Assembly: GCA_023441625.1 (NCBI GenBank)
Contig: JAEZOA010000044.1
Span: forward strand, 40,683-104,682
Length of the DNA stretch: 64,000 nucleotides
Source of the DNA: Bacillota bacterium
GTDB lineage: Bacteria > Bacillota > Clostridia > Acetivibrionales > DSM-1351
Direction of reading: 5' to 3'
Both the position numbers and the translations under genes were made by a program. The notes below the pieces were generated by a model that had not been told where the DNA came from, did not search any database, and was given only the letters and a program-made list of their open reading frames with translations. Of the stretch, positions 51,693 to 61,706 are shown piece by piece (the first letter of the stretch is position 1; each line of letters begins with the position of its first letter).

Positions 51693-52352
51693 ATGATTAC
51701 TCCTAAACAGGTTAAAGAAAATGAAGAGGTAAAACACCTAATTGCTACAGCTGACAGACAGCTAAAAGAAATGGGCTATACTGAACATTCCTTAAGGCAT
51801 TTGACACATGTTTCTAGGAATGCTGGTAAAATTCTCAATGAATTAGGATTTAGTTCTAGAGAAGCAGAGCTAGCAGAGATAGCCGGATATTTACATGATA
51901 TTGGAAATGCAATAAATCGTACCGATCATGCACATTCAGGCGCTATTATGGCATATGAGCTATTGTTGAGAATGGGAATGTGGTATTCTGAGGCCTGTGA
52001 GATTATGCTCGCTATAGGTAATCATGATGAAAATTCTGGTACAGCTGTCAGTATGATTTCAGCTGCACTTATTTTAGCTGATAAATCAGATGTGCATAGG
52101 TCAAGAGTGCAAAACACAGATTTTTCCACCTTCGACATTCATGATCGAGTTAACTATGCTGTGGATAGTTCAATGCTTACAGTTGATAATAAGAAAAAGA
52201 GTGCAACTCTTCAGATTCATATTGACACAAAGATATGTCCGGTTATGGATTATTTTGAAATATTTCTCACAAGAATGACAATGTGCAGAAGAGCAGCAAC
52301 GTATTTAAAGCTGAATTTTGAACTAGTTATTAACGAAAACAGATTACTTTAA
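51693..52352 (+). CDS. HD domain phosphohydrolase
   Basis: EHSLRH, LHDIGN, LILADKSD. Confidence 0.85.
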   Translation: MITPKQVKENEEVKHLIATADRQLKEMGYTEHSLRHLTHVSRNAGKILNELGFSSREAELAEIAGYLHDIGNAINRTDHAHSGAIMAYELLLRMGMWYSEACEIMLAIGNHDENSGTAVSMISAALILADKSDVHRSRVQNTDFSTFDIHDRVNYAVDSSMLTVDNKKKSATLQIHIDTKICPVMDYFEIFLTRMTMCRRAATYLKLNFELVINENRLL

Positions 52353-52386
52353 ATGTAAATTTCTAGCTAATAATGAAGTATATTTA

Positions 52387-52415
52387 TTGACTAGTATTTT
52401 TCATAGATATATAAT
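52387..52415 (+). promoter_or_regulatory. SigA promoter for secDF
   Basis: TTGACT-N17-TATAAT. Confidence 0.75.
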
Positions 52416-52452
52416 GTCGTAGTGGATAAAAAAACAAGGGGGAATTAAGTAA

Positions 52453-53778
52453 ATGAGAGGAAGTAATGCGGTTAAATTTTTCGCGATACTAGTTATAATC
52501 GGAATTTTAACCTGGATAGCAGCCTTTGGGTCTATTTTGGGCTTTGATATAAAAGGGGCTTATGATATTCGTCCAGGTATTGATATTTCGGGAGGCGTAG
52601 ATGCAAAATTATATGCCATTACCGATGATGGAAGTAAACCTACTGAAAAGGATTTAGAGGCGGCAAAAGTAAAGATTGGAAAAAGATTAGATGATAAACA
52701 GATTTATGATAGAGTTCTAACAATTGACAAGGAAAAAGGGTTTGTTCTTGTTCAGATTCCTTTTAAAGCAGGTGAGACTTTTGACCCACAGAAGTCAATT
52801 GAGGAAATTGGTGCCACTGCACTACTGACCTTCCAAGAAGTAGATACGACTAAGGTAGATGAAAATGGAGACTATTTACCAACAGGAAAAATAATTCTTC
52901 AAGGTGAAGACGTTAAAGATGCCACTGCAGAGATTTCACCAGAAGGTGGCTATGAAGTAGGACTCGAGCTTACTTCAGCAGGTACAAAGAAGTTTTCTGA
53001 AGCAACAGGAAGACTTATTGGACAGCCTATAGCTATATTTATGGATGATAAGTTTATAAGTGCACCAAATGTTCAAACTCAGATTACTACTACAACTGCT
53101 AGAATTACTCTGGGTGGTACACCATCAGAGGCTCAGCAAGCTGAGGCGAAGAACTTGGCAGGACTTATTAAATCGGGTTCCTTACCCTTCAAGCTTGAAG
53201 CAAGACAGATCCAGAACATTAGTCCTACTCTTGGTTCAAATGCACTTTCTGTTAGTATAAATGCACTCGTTGTAGCATTTATTTTGATTTGTTTATATAT
53301 GATTTTCTATTATAAATTACCTGGATTAATTGCAAGTATTGCATTATTCCTTCACACAATTCTTGAGCTTTTGGCGTTATCCTGGCTTGGAATTACCGTT
53401 ACTCTGCCTGGCATAGCCGGTATCATCCTGACTATTGGTATGGGTGTTGATGCTAACGTAATTATATTTGAAAGAATTAAGGAAGAACTCCGAAATGGAA
53501 AAACTCTTCGTGCAGCTATTGATGTAGGATTTAAGAGAGCGTTTACCGCTGTATTAGATGGAAATGTTACAACTCTTATTGCTGGTGTAGTTCTATGGCA
53601 ATTTGGTACAGGCTCTATCAAAAGTTTCGCATTGACATTGATTATCGGAGTTATTTTAAGCTTTGTTACTGCAGTATCAGCAACGAGAGCAATGCTCAAA
53701 TCTGTAGCAGATTTAAATATTGCAAAGCATCCTAGGCTGTACGGCATTAAGATGAAGGGAGGCAAAGCAAATGGCTAA
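52453..53778 (+). CDS. secD: Protein translocase subunit
   Basis: GIDISGG, GSLP, GMGVDANVIIFERIKEE. Confidence 0.95.
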   Translation: MRGSNAVKFFAILVIIGILTWIAAFGSILGFDIKGAYDIRPGIDISGGVDAKLYAITDDGSKPTEKDLEAAKVKIGKRLDDKQIYDRVLTIDKEKGFVLVQIPFKAGETFDPQKSIEEIGATALLTFQEVDTTKVDENGDYLPTGKIILQGEDVKDATAEISPEGGYEVGLELTSAGTKKFSEATGRLIGQPIAIFMDDKFISAPNVQTQITTTTARITLGGTPSEAQQAEAKNLAGLIKSGSLPFKLEARQIQNISPTLGSNALSVSINALVVAFILICLYMIFYYKLPGLIASIALFLHTILELLALSWLGITVTLPGIAGIILTIGMGVDANVIIFERIKEELRNGKTLRAAIDVGFKRAFTAVLDGNVTTLIAGVVLWQFGTGSIKSFALTLIIGVILSFVTAVSATRAMLKSVADLNIAKHPRLYGIKMKGGKANG

Positions 53779-54748
53779 TATTAATTTATATAATAAAAGA
53801 TATTACTTTTTCATTCTCTCAGCATTAATTTTTATATCAGGACTGATTGGATACTTTGTAAACGGATTCCAAAAGGATATTCAGTTTGAGGGTGGAACAG
53901 TTATTGAAATGAAGGCAAATGAAGATACATTTACTGAAACAAATACTCAGGAAATAACAAGTAGGGTTGAGGAAGTGGTTCAGAAGGCAGTTGGTAAACC
54001 TGCATCAGCTCAAAAATCCACTGCATATGATGTTAATAGTGCAAATGCTGCCTTTGATGTAATCAAAATAAGCGTAGGAAGTGAAAATACACTTACAAAT
54101 GATGAGCTATCAAAAGTTAAAACAGCTGTAATAGAAGAATTAAAGCTTGATGCTAACAATTCACTAGTATCAGAGGAAAGTGTTGAGCCTTTTATTGGTA
54201 AGGAAATAAGTCAAAATGGAGTTAAGGCAATTTTAATTTCAGCGGTTCTTATTATATTGTATATCTGGTGGAGATTTAAGATAATGTCAGGTCTTTCAGC
54301 GGGTGTATTTGGTGTTGTAGGTTTAACACATGATATTCTGGTAATGATAACTGTTTATTTGGTATTCAAGATTCCAGTAAATGAAACCTTTATTGCTGCG
54401 TTGCTTACAATATTCGGTTATTCAATGAATGATACAGTTATTATTTATGACCGTATCAGAGAAAATAGTAGACTGCTCAAGAAGGTTTCCTTCCCTGAGC
54501 TAGTTAACACAAGTATAATTCAGACCTTGAATAGATCTATTAATACAACTGTTACAGTTTTAATTGCTGTTACTACTATCTTTGTTTTCTCTCAAATATA
54601 CGATATCGAATCAATTAGAGAGTTCAGCTTCCCACTTATTATTGGTCTTACTAGTGGATGCTATTCTACTATATTCATATCTACACCATTATGGGTTATG
54701 TGGAAAGAAAGCCAAAAAAAGTCAAAAGCAAAACCTGTTAAGGCTTAA
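53771..54748 (+). CDS. secF: Protein translocase subunit
   Basis: DIQFEGG, GYSMNDTVIIYDRIREN. Confidence 0.95.
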   Translation: MANINLYNKRYYFFILSALIFISGLIGYFVNGFQKDIQFEGGTVIEMKANEDTFTETNTQEITSRVEEVVQKAVGKPASAQKSTAYDVNSANAAFDVIKISVGSENTLTNDELSKVKTAVIEELKLDANNSLVSEESVEPFIGKEISQNGVKAILISAVLIILYIWWRFKIMSGLSAGVFGVVGLTHDILVMITVYLVFKIPVNETFIAALLTIFGYSMNDTVIIYDRIRENSRLLKKVSFPELVNTSIIQTLNRSINTTVTVLIAVTTIFVFSQIYDIESIREFSFPLIIGLTSGCYSTIFISTPLWVMWKESQKKSKAKPVKA

Positions 54749-54762
54749 AACTATTTAAAATA

Positions 54763-54807
54763 GAAAAGCAAAAAAGAAAGGGCGTGTGCCCTTTCTTTTT
54801 TGCTTTT
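54763..54807. terminator. Bidirectional terminator
   Basis: AAAGCAAAAAAGAAAGGGC/GCCCTTTCTTTTTTGCTTT. Confidence 0.85.
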
Positions 54808-54833
54808 CAGCATAATAAATTAATATCAAAAAT

Positions 54834-55121
54834 TTAATTTGAACGTTTTTTAATTAACATATCAATAACTAATGATGCTATCGTGAATTCTGCAAACACA
54901 AAAAAACTATTTGTAATTAATGTGGTCGTTGTAAAATCAAATACACTGCTGTAATTATTACTCAATTTATTAGCAACATATAAAGCAGTACCCAGTGCTA
55001 TTAAGCACAAAGTAGCTGGAGTTGCATATTTCATCATCTTTTTTGGTAAATCTGCCATATTATTTAATGCAGAATTTAATAAATTAATTCTTGTCGTTTT
55101 CTTGTTCTCATTACTAGTCAC
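54834..55121 (-). CDS. Small membrane protein
   Basis: Two hydrophobic segments; GTG start after G-rich SD. Confidence 0.6.
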   Translation of the reverse strand: MTSNENKKTTRINLLNSALNNMADLPKKMMKYATPATLCLIALGTALYVANKLSNNYSSVFDFTTTTLITNSFFVFAEFTIASLVIDMLIKKRSN

Positions 55122-55402
55122 GGAATACCCCCCCTTTTCAACGTATATTTATATATGTTACGCTACGCTACATATTACGTAATACGACAATAAGTACACA
55201 TAAAATCTTAACACCTAAAAGCTATAAATTCAATGTAAATAATTGATAATATTGCATACTTCGACAAGTTACTGCAACTAAAGAGTGATTTTATGTAAAG
55301 TGGTCGAAATACCAAAAAACTTTTGAGTAGATAAAAAGTACAACCCTATAATATAATAAGGTTGTTATTGAAGGTAAAAAAATACACAGGAGGGAATTAA
55401 GA

Positions 55403-55684
55403 ATGGAACTTGTTTGTTCAAAAAAACTAGAACTAGATGAGACTTTAGAATGTAAAAACAAAGAGCTTAACTTAGACTATTATTTATTGGCACGCGAGGA
55501 TGACTGTTCATGTACATATGGAATAAAAATTAATATGACAAAAGATACAGGCGAGATTGAAGCAGTTGAGATAAATGATGTTTTGTCCTCAAAAGCAAAT
55601 ATGATTGAACTTATAAAGCTCTTACATTCAAATTCAGTTACTCCTGTTAGTGCTCATGATGTTATTTACGACTGCATATCATAG
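55403..55684 (+). CDS. DUF6514-like small protein
   Basis: YGIKI, VTPVSAHDVIYD; SD GGAGG. Confidence 0.65.
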   Translation: MELVCSKKLELDETLECKNKELNLDYYLLAREDDCSCTYGIKINMTKDTGEIEAVEINDVLSSKANMIELIKLLHSNSVTPVSAHDVIYDCIS

Positions 55685-55912
55685 AAGTTAAAACTATTTT
55701 TTTCATATATTCTAGGAGGTAAAAACTTATTTTTAAGTATGCTAAGGGCATACTTTTTTGTTTTATACTAAAAATATTATCAAAAAAGAAGGATTCTAAA
55801 TAATAATGTCGAACAAGTATTAAGTGATTTTGGCTAAGACTGAAATAAAAATAGGAGATGTGTTAATAATATTGAATAATTATTTTTTGACAAGATTGGA
55901 ATGTAATACAAA

Positions 55913-57730
55913 ATGGCAAATTTTTTCCCTGAAGATTTAATAGAAGAGATAAGGGTAAATAATGATATAGTTGGTGTAATATCAGAGTACGTTAATCTGG
56001 ACAAAAGAGGAAAAAATTATTTTGGCAAATGCCCTTTCCATAATGAAAAAACTGCATCTTTTTCTGTAGAGCCTGTTAAACAAATATTTCATTGCTTTGG
56101 CTGTGGTAAAGGCGGTAATGTAGTACATTTTATTATGGCTATAGAGAATCTGGATTTTCCGGAAGCATTGAGATTACTCGCTGATAGAGCTAAAATTCAA
56201 ATTCCGGAAATGAATGATGGAGTTAGAGATGATGAAAAGGCAAAGCTGAAGCAGGAACTTTTAAAAATAAATATTGAAGCTGCTAGGTTTTATCATAATA
56301 ATTTAGTTAATGAGAATAATAAAGTTCCGTTTCAATATTTGGCAAATAGGAGGATTAATAACCACTCTATTACAAAATTTGGTTTAGGCTATGCACCAGA
56401 TAAGTATGATACACTATATAAGCATTTAAAAACATTAGGCTTTAGTGATTATTCTATTTTTGAAAGTGGACTTGTTATAACTAAGGAAAATAATAAGAAG
56501 GTTTTTGATAGGTTTAGGGGTAGAATTATGTTTCCGATATTTGATATCAGAGGAAATGTAATTGCCTTTGGTGGAAGAGTGTTAGATTCTTCTCAACCTA
56601 AGTACATGAATTCTCCTGAAACTGCTGTTTACCATAAAGGAAAACATTTGTATGCTATGAATTTTGCTAAAAGTGCATGTTCAAAGCAGATAATTTTGGC
56701 TGAAGGCTATATGGATGTTATATCCCTACATCAAAGTGGAATAATAAATGTTGTTGCGCCACTTGGAACAGCATTGACTGAGAATCAAGGTAAGCTTATG
56801 AAAAAGTATTCAGAAGAAATTATACTTTCATTTGATTCTGATTCTGCTGGACAGGCTGCTGCACTTAGAAGCCTTGATTTACTTAATGCCATCGGCTGTA
56901 GTGTTAAGGTACTATCCATTCCTTCTGGTAAGGACCCTGATGATTTTATTAAGACTAATGGGGTTGAGAGTTTTAAAAAGCTTATAAATAGTTCTAAAGG
57001 TCTGTTAGATTTTAAATTAGATATTTTGGACAACAAAATTGATATTTCTACAAATGATGGAAAAGTAAAGTTTCTTGACGAGGCTGTACTTATATTAGAG
57101 AAAATTGACAATAATGTAGAAAGAGAGCTATATGTTAAGAAATTGTCCAAAGACTTTGGTGTAAGTGAGCAGTCAATTTATTCCGAAATGGCAAAGCGCC
57201 AAAGAAAAATGGATTCAAATGAAAAGAAGCAAATAAAGGATATTTACACAGTTAAAAAGAATATTATAAAGAAAAGTAATAAAGTTGAAACTCCAGAAGA
57301 GAGACTTGTAAAACTGCAGTTAATGCTTTTAGCTACAATTTGTTTGGACAACAATGTATATTCTTATATTAGAGATGTTTTAAATATTGATAAAATTAGC
57401 TCTAACGAAATAAAACAGGCATTATTATTTTCTATTGAACGAATAGAGAGTAAAGCAGGTATTTTGGTAGGCGAGATTTTAAATAAACTTTCTCCACCTA
57501 TGGCTGAAATTTTTGCAAATATAATTCAATCTCAGAGAGTATTTGAGAACCATAGAAAAGCAGCCATGGATATTATTAAAAGAATAGACCTTAATGGTTT
57601 GGAGGCTAGGAAAGACGAAATAATTGAACTAAAAAAAAGAAGTGATTTATCAGAAGGGGATGTTGAGTTATTAAATCGCGAATTAGGCAGTATTGTATTG
57701 AATATAGCTACCTTGAAAAAGGGTTTGTAA
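55913..57730 (+). CDS. dnaG: DNA primase
   Basis: CPFHNEKT..CFGC, KYMNSPET, EGYMDV, FDSDSAG. Confidence 0.97.
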   Translation: MANFFPEDLIEEIRVNNDIVGVISEYVNLDKRGKNYFGKCPFHNEKTASFSVEPVKQIFHCFGCGKGGNVVHFIMAIENLDFPEALRLLADRAKIQIPEMNDGVRDDEKAKLKQELLKINIEAARFYHNNLVNENNKVPFQYLANRRINNHSITKFGLGYAPDKYDTLYKHLKTLGFSDYSIFESGLVITKENNKKVFDRFRGRIMFPIFDIRGNVIAFGGRVLDSSQPKYMNSPETAVYHKGKHLYAMNFAKSACSKQIILAEGYMDVISLHQSGIINVVAPLGTALTENQGKLMKKYSEEIILSFDSDSAGQAAALRSLDLLNAIGCSVKVLSIPSGKDPDDFIKTNGVESFKKLINSSKGLLDFKLDILDNKIDISTNDGKVKFLDEAVLILEKIDNNVERELYVKKLSKDFGVSEQSIYSEMAKRQRKMDSNEKKQIKDIYTVKKNIIKKSNKVETPEERLVKLQLMLLATICLDNNVYSYIRDVLNIDKISSNEIKQALLFSIERIESKAGILVGEILNKLSPPMAEIFANIIQSQRVFENHRKAAMDIIKRIDLNGLEARKDEIIELKKRSDLSEGDVELLNRELGSIVLNIATLKKGL

Positions 57731-57749
57731 GGTTGAAAGAAATAATAAG

Positions 57750-57825
57750 AAATAAATCAAGGAGGTACCGAGCCCATGCAATTTCTGTCATTAATTTTTT
57801 GTGCGAAATGCTGGGTATGGGCATA
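57750..57825 (+). repeat. Family B leader element between dnaG and rpoD
   Basis: AAATAAATCAAGGAGGTACCGAGCCCATGCA...TTGTGCGAAATGCTGGGTATGGGCATA. Confidence 0.85.
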
Positions 57826-57851
57826 GTTAGGCAAGAAGGGAGTGCAAACGC

Positions 57852-58934
57852 ATGAAACATAGTCAAGAGAGTAGAAAAGCATTGCTTAAAGAATTGATTG
57901 ATAAAGGTACAGCAAAAGGAATGCTTACCTATAAAGAGATTATTGAGGCTTTTGAAGAAATTGAAATAGAACCTGAGCATATTGAAAAAATATACGAAAC
58001 CTTAGAAAATTTAGGTATTGATGTTATTGGAGATATTGATGCGGATTTGGAAGAAATTCAGAATTCTGATGAAGAAGAGCTTGATATCAGTGTTCCAGAG
58101 GGGATAAGTATAGATGATCCTGTAAGAATGTATCTTAAGGAGATTGGGAAGGTTCCCCTTTTAACAGCAGATGAGGAAATTGATCTTGCGCACAGAATGG
58201 AAAACGGGGATATTGAAGCAAAGAGGAGACTTGCTGAAGCTAATCTTAGACTTGTTGTAAGTATTGCAAAGAGATATGTTGGCAGAGGCATGCAGTTCCT
58301 CGATTTGATTCAAGAAGGTAATCTAGGACTTATCAAGGCAGTTGAGAAGTTTGATTATAGGAGAGGGTTTAAGTTTAGTACGTATGCAACTTGGTGGATT
58401 AGACAGGCTATAACAAGGGCAATTGCCGATCAGGCAAGAACTATTCGTATTCCTGTTCATATGGTGGAAACTATAAATAAATTAATAAGAGTTTCTAGGC
58501 AGTTATTGCAGGAGTTAGGTAGAGAACCACAGCCTGATGAAATTGCAAAAGAGATAGGTATGTCAGTGGAAAAGGTCAGGGAAATAATGAAAATTTCTCA
58601 AGAACCAGTTTCTCTTGAAACACCTATTGGTGAGGAGGAGGATAGTCATTTAGGAGACTTTATTCCTGATGATGATGCTCCGGCACCAGCAGAGGCTGCT
58701 GCTTTTACTTTACTCAAAGAACAGCTCATTGATGTTTTAGATACCTTAACACCTCGTGAAGAAAAGGTATTAAGGCTCAGATTTGGTTTAGATGATGGGC
58801 GCGCAAGGACTCTTGAAGAGGTAGGTAAGGAATTTAGTGTTACTAGAGAGAGAATTCGTCAGATAGAGGCTAAGGCGTTGAGAAAGCTAAGACATCCTAG
58901 CAGGAGTAAAAAGCTGAAAGACTATTTAGATTAA
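57852..58934 (+). CDS. rpoD: Primary sigma factor SigA
   Basis: [39 protein letters not shown]. Confidence 0.98.
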   Translation: MKHSQESRKALLKELIDKGTAKGMLTYKEIIEAFEEIEIEPEHIEKIYETLENLGIDVIGDIDADLEEIQNSDEEELDISVPEGISIDDPVRMYLKEIGKVPLLTADEEIDLAHRMENGDIEAKRRLAEANLRLVVSIAKRYVGRGMQFLDLIQEGNLGLIKAVEKFDYRRGFKFSTYATWWIRQAITRAIADQARTIRIPVHMVETINKLIRVSRQLLQELGREPQPDEIAKEIGMSVEKVREIMKISQEPVSLETPIGEEEDSHLGDFIPDDDAPAPAEAAAFTLLKEQLIDVLDTLTPREEKVLRLRFGLDDGRARTLEEVGKEFSVTRERIRQIEAKALRKLRHPSRSKKLKDYLD

Positions 58935-58941
58935 AGTTTGA

Positions 58942-58982
58942 TTAAACAACGCAAGTTGGCAAGCCAGCATTGCTTATGTTAA
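58942..58982. repeat. Family A hairpin repeat
   Basis: TTAAACAACGCAAGTTGGCAAGCCAGCATTGCTTATGTTAA between rpoD stop and terminator. Confidence 0.9.
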
Positions 58983-58984
58983 AT

Positions 58985-59011
58985 AAAAAGACTCGGATTC
59001 GAGTCTTTTTT
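58985..59011. terminator. Bidirectional terminator
   Basis: AAAAAGACTCG-GATT-CGAGTCTTTTTT. Confidence 0.85.
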
Positions 59012-59024
59012 AACAATTATATAG

Positions 59025-59783
59025 TTATTGATCAAGCTCAGTTTCAAAAAAGGCAGATACAATTTCTATGTATTCTTGTGGAATATTCAAGCTAATACCA
59101 TGTCTTGAGTTCTTTATTTCTTTCAATGTGCTTTCTGAAGCAACAGAATGAAGCAACTTTGCAGATTTTCTCACAATCGAGGGTTCTTTCTTTGCACATA
59201 ATATTAATAATTTTGCCTTATTATCTTTAAAAGTAGTAGGCAAGCTATAATTAGAGTTGCTTATTGTCATATTAAGCATTGTTTTTTTAGAAACTCTTTT
59301 TGTATCTTCAAAGTAATTTTGAAACATATCTTTTGGAATATAATAATAATAAGCTGATATTTTTGCAAACCACTTTTTTGAGATTAGAGGAAAGAACATA
59401 CTGTACATAGGAACAATAAGTTTTACTAAGGCCTTATTCATTGGTATAACAAGGGCACTTTCAAGAACCGCTTTTTCGCAGATATCTTTTGCTTTTGTTA
59501 TTATTTCAACAGTGATTTGAGCACCTAGAGATACGCCGATTATAGCAAATACCTTTCCGCTAAAATTTTCATTAATGTATTGTTGGATTTGATTTGCACT
59601 GTGCTCTATAGTGTCAAAAGTTGTCTCGTAATCAGCTCCATGCCCATCAATAATTGGTGCTACAACGTAGTATTTCTCTTCCCATACTTTTAACTGTGGC
59701 TGCCATGTCCAATTTGACAGTCCTCCTCCATGAAGGAGAATAATAACTGGATTTTTACTATCTCCAAATATTTCATATTTCAT
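59025..59783 (-). CDS. Alpha/beta hydrolase
   Basis: LLHGGG, GHG, GVSLGA, C-terminal His. Confidence 0.88.
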   Translation of the reverse strand: MKYEIFGDSKNPVIILLHGGGLSNWTWQPQLKVWEEKYYVVAPIIDGHGADYETTFDTIEHSANQIQQYINENFSGKVFAIIGVSLGAQITVEIITKAKDICEKAVLESALVIPMNKALVKLIVPMYSMFFPLISKKWFAKISAYYYYIPKDMFQNYFEDTKRVSKKTMLNMTISNSNYSLPTTFKDNKAKLLILCAKKEPSIVRKSAKLLHSVASESTLKEIKNSRHGISLNIPQEYIEIVSAFFETELDQ

Positions 59784-60117
59784 TATAAACTCCTTTTTAT
59801 ATATTGATATCTTTAAAAAGTGTAATTAGTGTTTCAAATATTTTATCAAAAAGAGGATTTTCAATCATTCTATTATGTTATTTTCTAATGATTATCCAAA
59901 TGATAAGTAACGATTTACTTATGTGAAAGTTATCAATTTAATCCAAATTAAGAATATTTCAATAGTGAGTGTTTGTCAATTGCAAATGCGTTATCATTAT
60001 AAATTTTTAATTAGGATTTTGAAGTATGTATTTTTTAGCAAGAATTAGCATGAGTAAAAAAATATTAGATAATTGGGCATAAACCAAATAAATCAGCAAA
60101 TTGTAGGAAATTAAATC

Positions 60118-60146
60118 TTGACCAGATGCCCTTAGGTAAGTATAAT
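60118..60146 (+). promoter_or_regulatory. SigA promoter for tRNA pair
   Basis: TTGACC-N17-TATAAT. Confidence 0.8.
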
Positions 60147-60178
60147 ATTATTTGTGCTCGCGAGAGCATCGAATATAT

Positions 60179-60254
60179 TCCTCCTTAGCTCAGTTGGTAG
60201 AGCGCGTGACTGTTAATCACGATGTCGCTGGTTCAAGTCCAGCAGGGGGAGCCA
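60179..60254 (+). tRNA. tRNA-Asn (GTT)
   Basis: 76-nt cloverleaf, anticodon loop CT-GTT-AA, CCA end. Confidence 0.96.
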
Positions 60255-60258
60255 ATTC

Positions 60259-60335
60259 GGGCCTTTAGCTCAGTTGGTTAGAGCAACCGGCTCATAACCG
60301 GTTGGTCCGGGGTTCGAGTCCCTGAAGGCCCACCA
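60259..60335 (+). tRNA. tRNA with CAT anticodon, most likely tRNA-Ile2 (lysidine)
   Basis: GGGCCTTTAGCTCAGTTGGTTAGAGC..CT-CAT-AA; resembles Firmicute Ile2 rather than fMet or eMet. Confidence 0.9.
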
Positions 60336-60385
60336 AAAAAAAGAGAACATACATAGTATGTTCTCTTTTTTTTTGGTGGGTTAGA

Positions 60386-60415
60386 TTAGCACAAGCAATG
60401 CTGGCTTGCCAACTT
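60386..60415. repeat. Family A hairpin repeat (partial)
   Basis: CAAGCAATGCTGGCTTGCCAACTT following the tRNA terminator. Confidence 0.75.
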
Positions 60416-60417
60416 TC

Positions 60418-60591
60418 TCATTTTATTTTTCTAATATATTCAGTGGACAATTCTTCATCCTCTAAATCTATGCTTGTTTTGCTTATAATAGGTATATGTG
60501 CGTTTATTCCCAAAATATCTCTTCCGTGTATATTACTAGAGATAGGTCTTTCAATATCGTTTACTTTGTTTCCTCTGCTATATGGAGTCAT
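60418..60591 (-). CDS. Possible 57-aa small protein (absent from ORF track)
   Basis: MTPYSRGNKVNDIERP...EYIRKIK, preceded by GAAAGGAA. Confidence 0.4.
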   Translation of the reverse strand: MTPYSRGNKVNDIERPISSNIHGRDILGINAHIPIISKTSIDLEDEELSTEYIRKIK

Positions 60592-60744
60592 AGTGGGTAA
60601 TTCCTTTCAATTGGTACAGATTGAAGTTAAATTGAGGAACTTTTAAATTTAATGCTTTTCAAGTTGATTAATTAGTATTATTATGTGTATAATTTACTTT
60701 GATAATACAAGTGACTGATAAATATATAAATAAATTTTAGTTTT

Positions 60745-60848
60745 ATGCCATTTCTGTCAAGGAAATGAACATTTCATTAACATAAGCAATGTTGGCTTGC
60801 CAGCTTGCGTTGTTTAATTTCTTGTGCGAAATGCTGGACATGGGCATA
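60745..60848 (+). repeat. Family B element (left end truncated) containing a nested family A copy at 60777-60817
   Basis: ATTTCTGTCAAGGAAATGAACATTTCA-[TTAACATAAGCAATGTTGGCTTGCCAGCTTGCGTTGTTTAA]-TTTCTTGTGCGAAATGCTGGACATGGGCATA. Confidence 0.88.
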
Positions 60849-60910
60849 ATTATAACAATAAATAATATCTGGTATGTTAATGGATTTTATTAGGAATATG
60901 GAGGATAGCT

Positions 60911-61609
60911 TTGAGTTTAATTTTAAAGGGTAGATTGAAGTTATTAGCAGATAAAGTATCTAAATGTGAGGTTATTGCCGATATAGGAACTGATCATGCA
61001 TATCTGCCAATCTATTTAATTCAGCAAGGGGTTTGCAAAAGGGCTATAGCCTCAGATGTTAAAATAGGACCAGTAAAGGTTGCAAACAAGAATATAAATT
61101 TATATAAAATGAGTGAACATATAGAAACTAGGCTAGGAAGTGGTTTGGACACTATTGGAGAAGATGAAGCAGATGTAATAATTATTGCAGGCATGGGTGG
61201 AACTCTTCTTACAGAGCTATTAATAGCAAATACCCATAAAGCAATTAAAGCAGCAGCGCTAATCTTGCAGCCAATGAATGACTTGCATGTGGTTAGAAAG
61301 TGGCTATTTGACCATAAATTTGACATTTATGATGAGGAGTTAGTTGCAGAAGGAACTAAAATTTATTGTGTGATTTCAGCAAAATATGATGGGAAGAACA
61401 GAGAGTATCAGGAATTTGAACTCCATATTGGCGAGAAACTTATAGAAAAAAAGGATCCATTATTATTAGCATACTGCGAAATAAAGGTTAGACAGGTTGA
61501 CAGGGTTTTAGGTCAATTAGAGGATATGGAGGATAATAGCGAGCTCTTAAGCTACTATTCTACATTAAAAAAGGATTACATTGAATTAATGCAGAAGGAA
61601 TTGTTGTGA
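60911..61609 (+). CDS. trmK: tRNA (adenine-22-N1) methyltransferase
   Basis: ADIGTDHAYLPI, IAGMGG, LILQPM. Confidence 0.92.
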   Translation: MSLILKGRLKLLADKVSKCEVIADIGTDHAYLPIYLIQQGVCKRAIASDVKIGPVKVANKNINLYKMSEHIETRLGSGLDTIGEDEADVIIIAGMGGTLLTELLIANTHKAIKAAALILQPMNDLHVVRKWLFDHKFDIYDEELVAEGTKIYCVISAKYDGKNREYQEFELHIGEKLIEKKDPLLLAYCEIKVRQVDRVLGQLEDMEDNSELLSYYSTLKKDYIELMQKELL

Positions 61610-61706
61610 CATAGCAAGGTGGGTTTAGATTACAGAAATATGTAGTGTATTAATGGGAATTTAGTATTGTAGTACACCAGAATAAAGTGAGGAGTATATT
61701 ATAATA

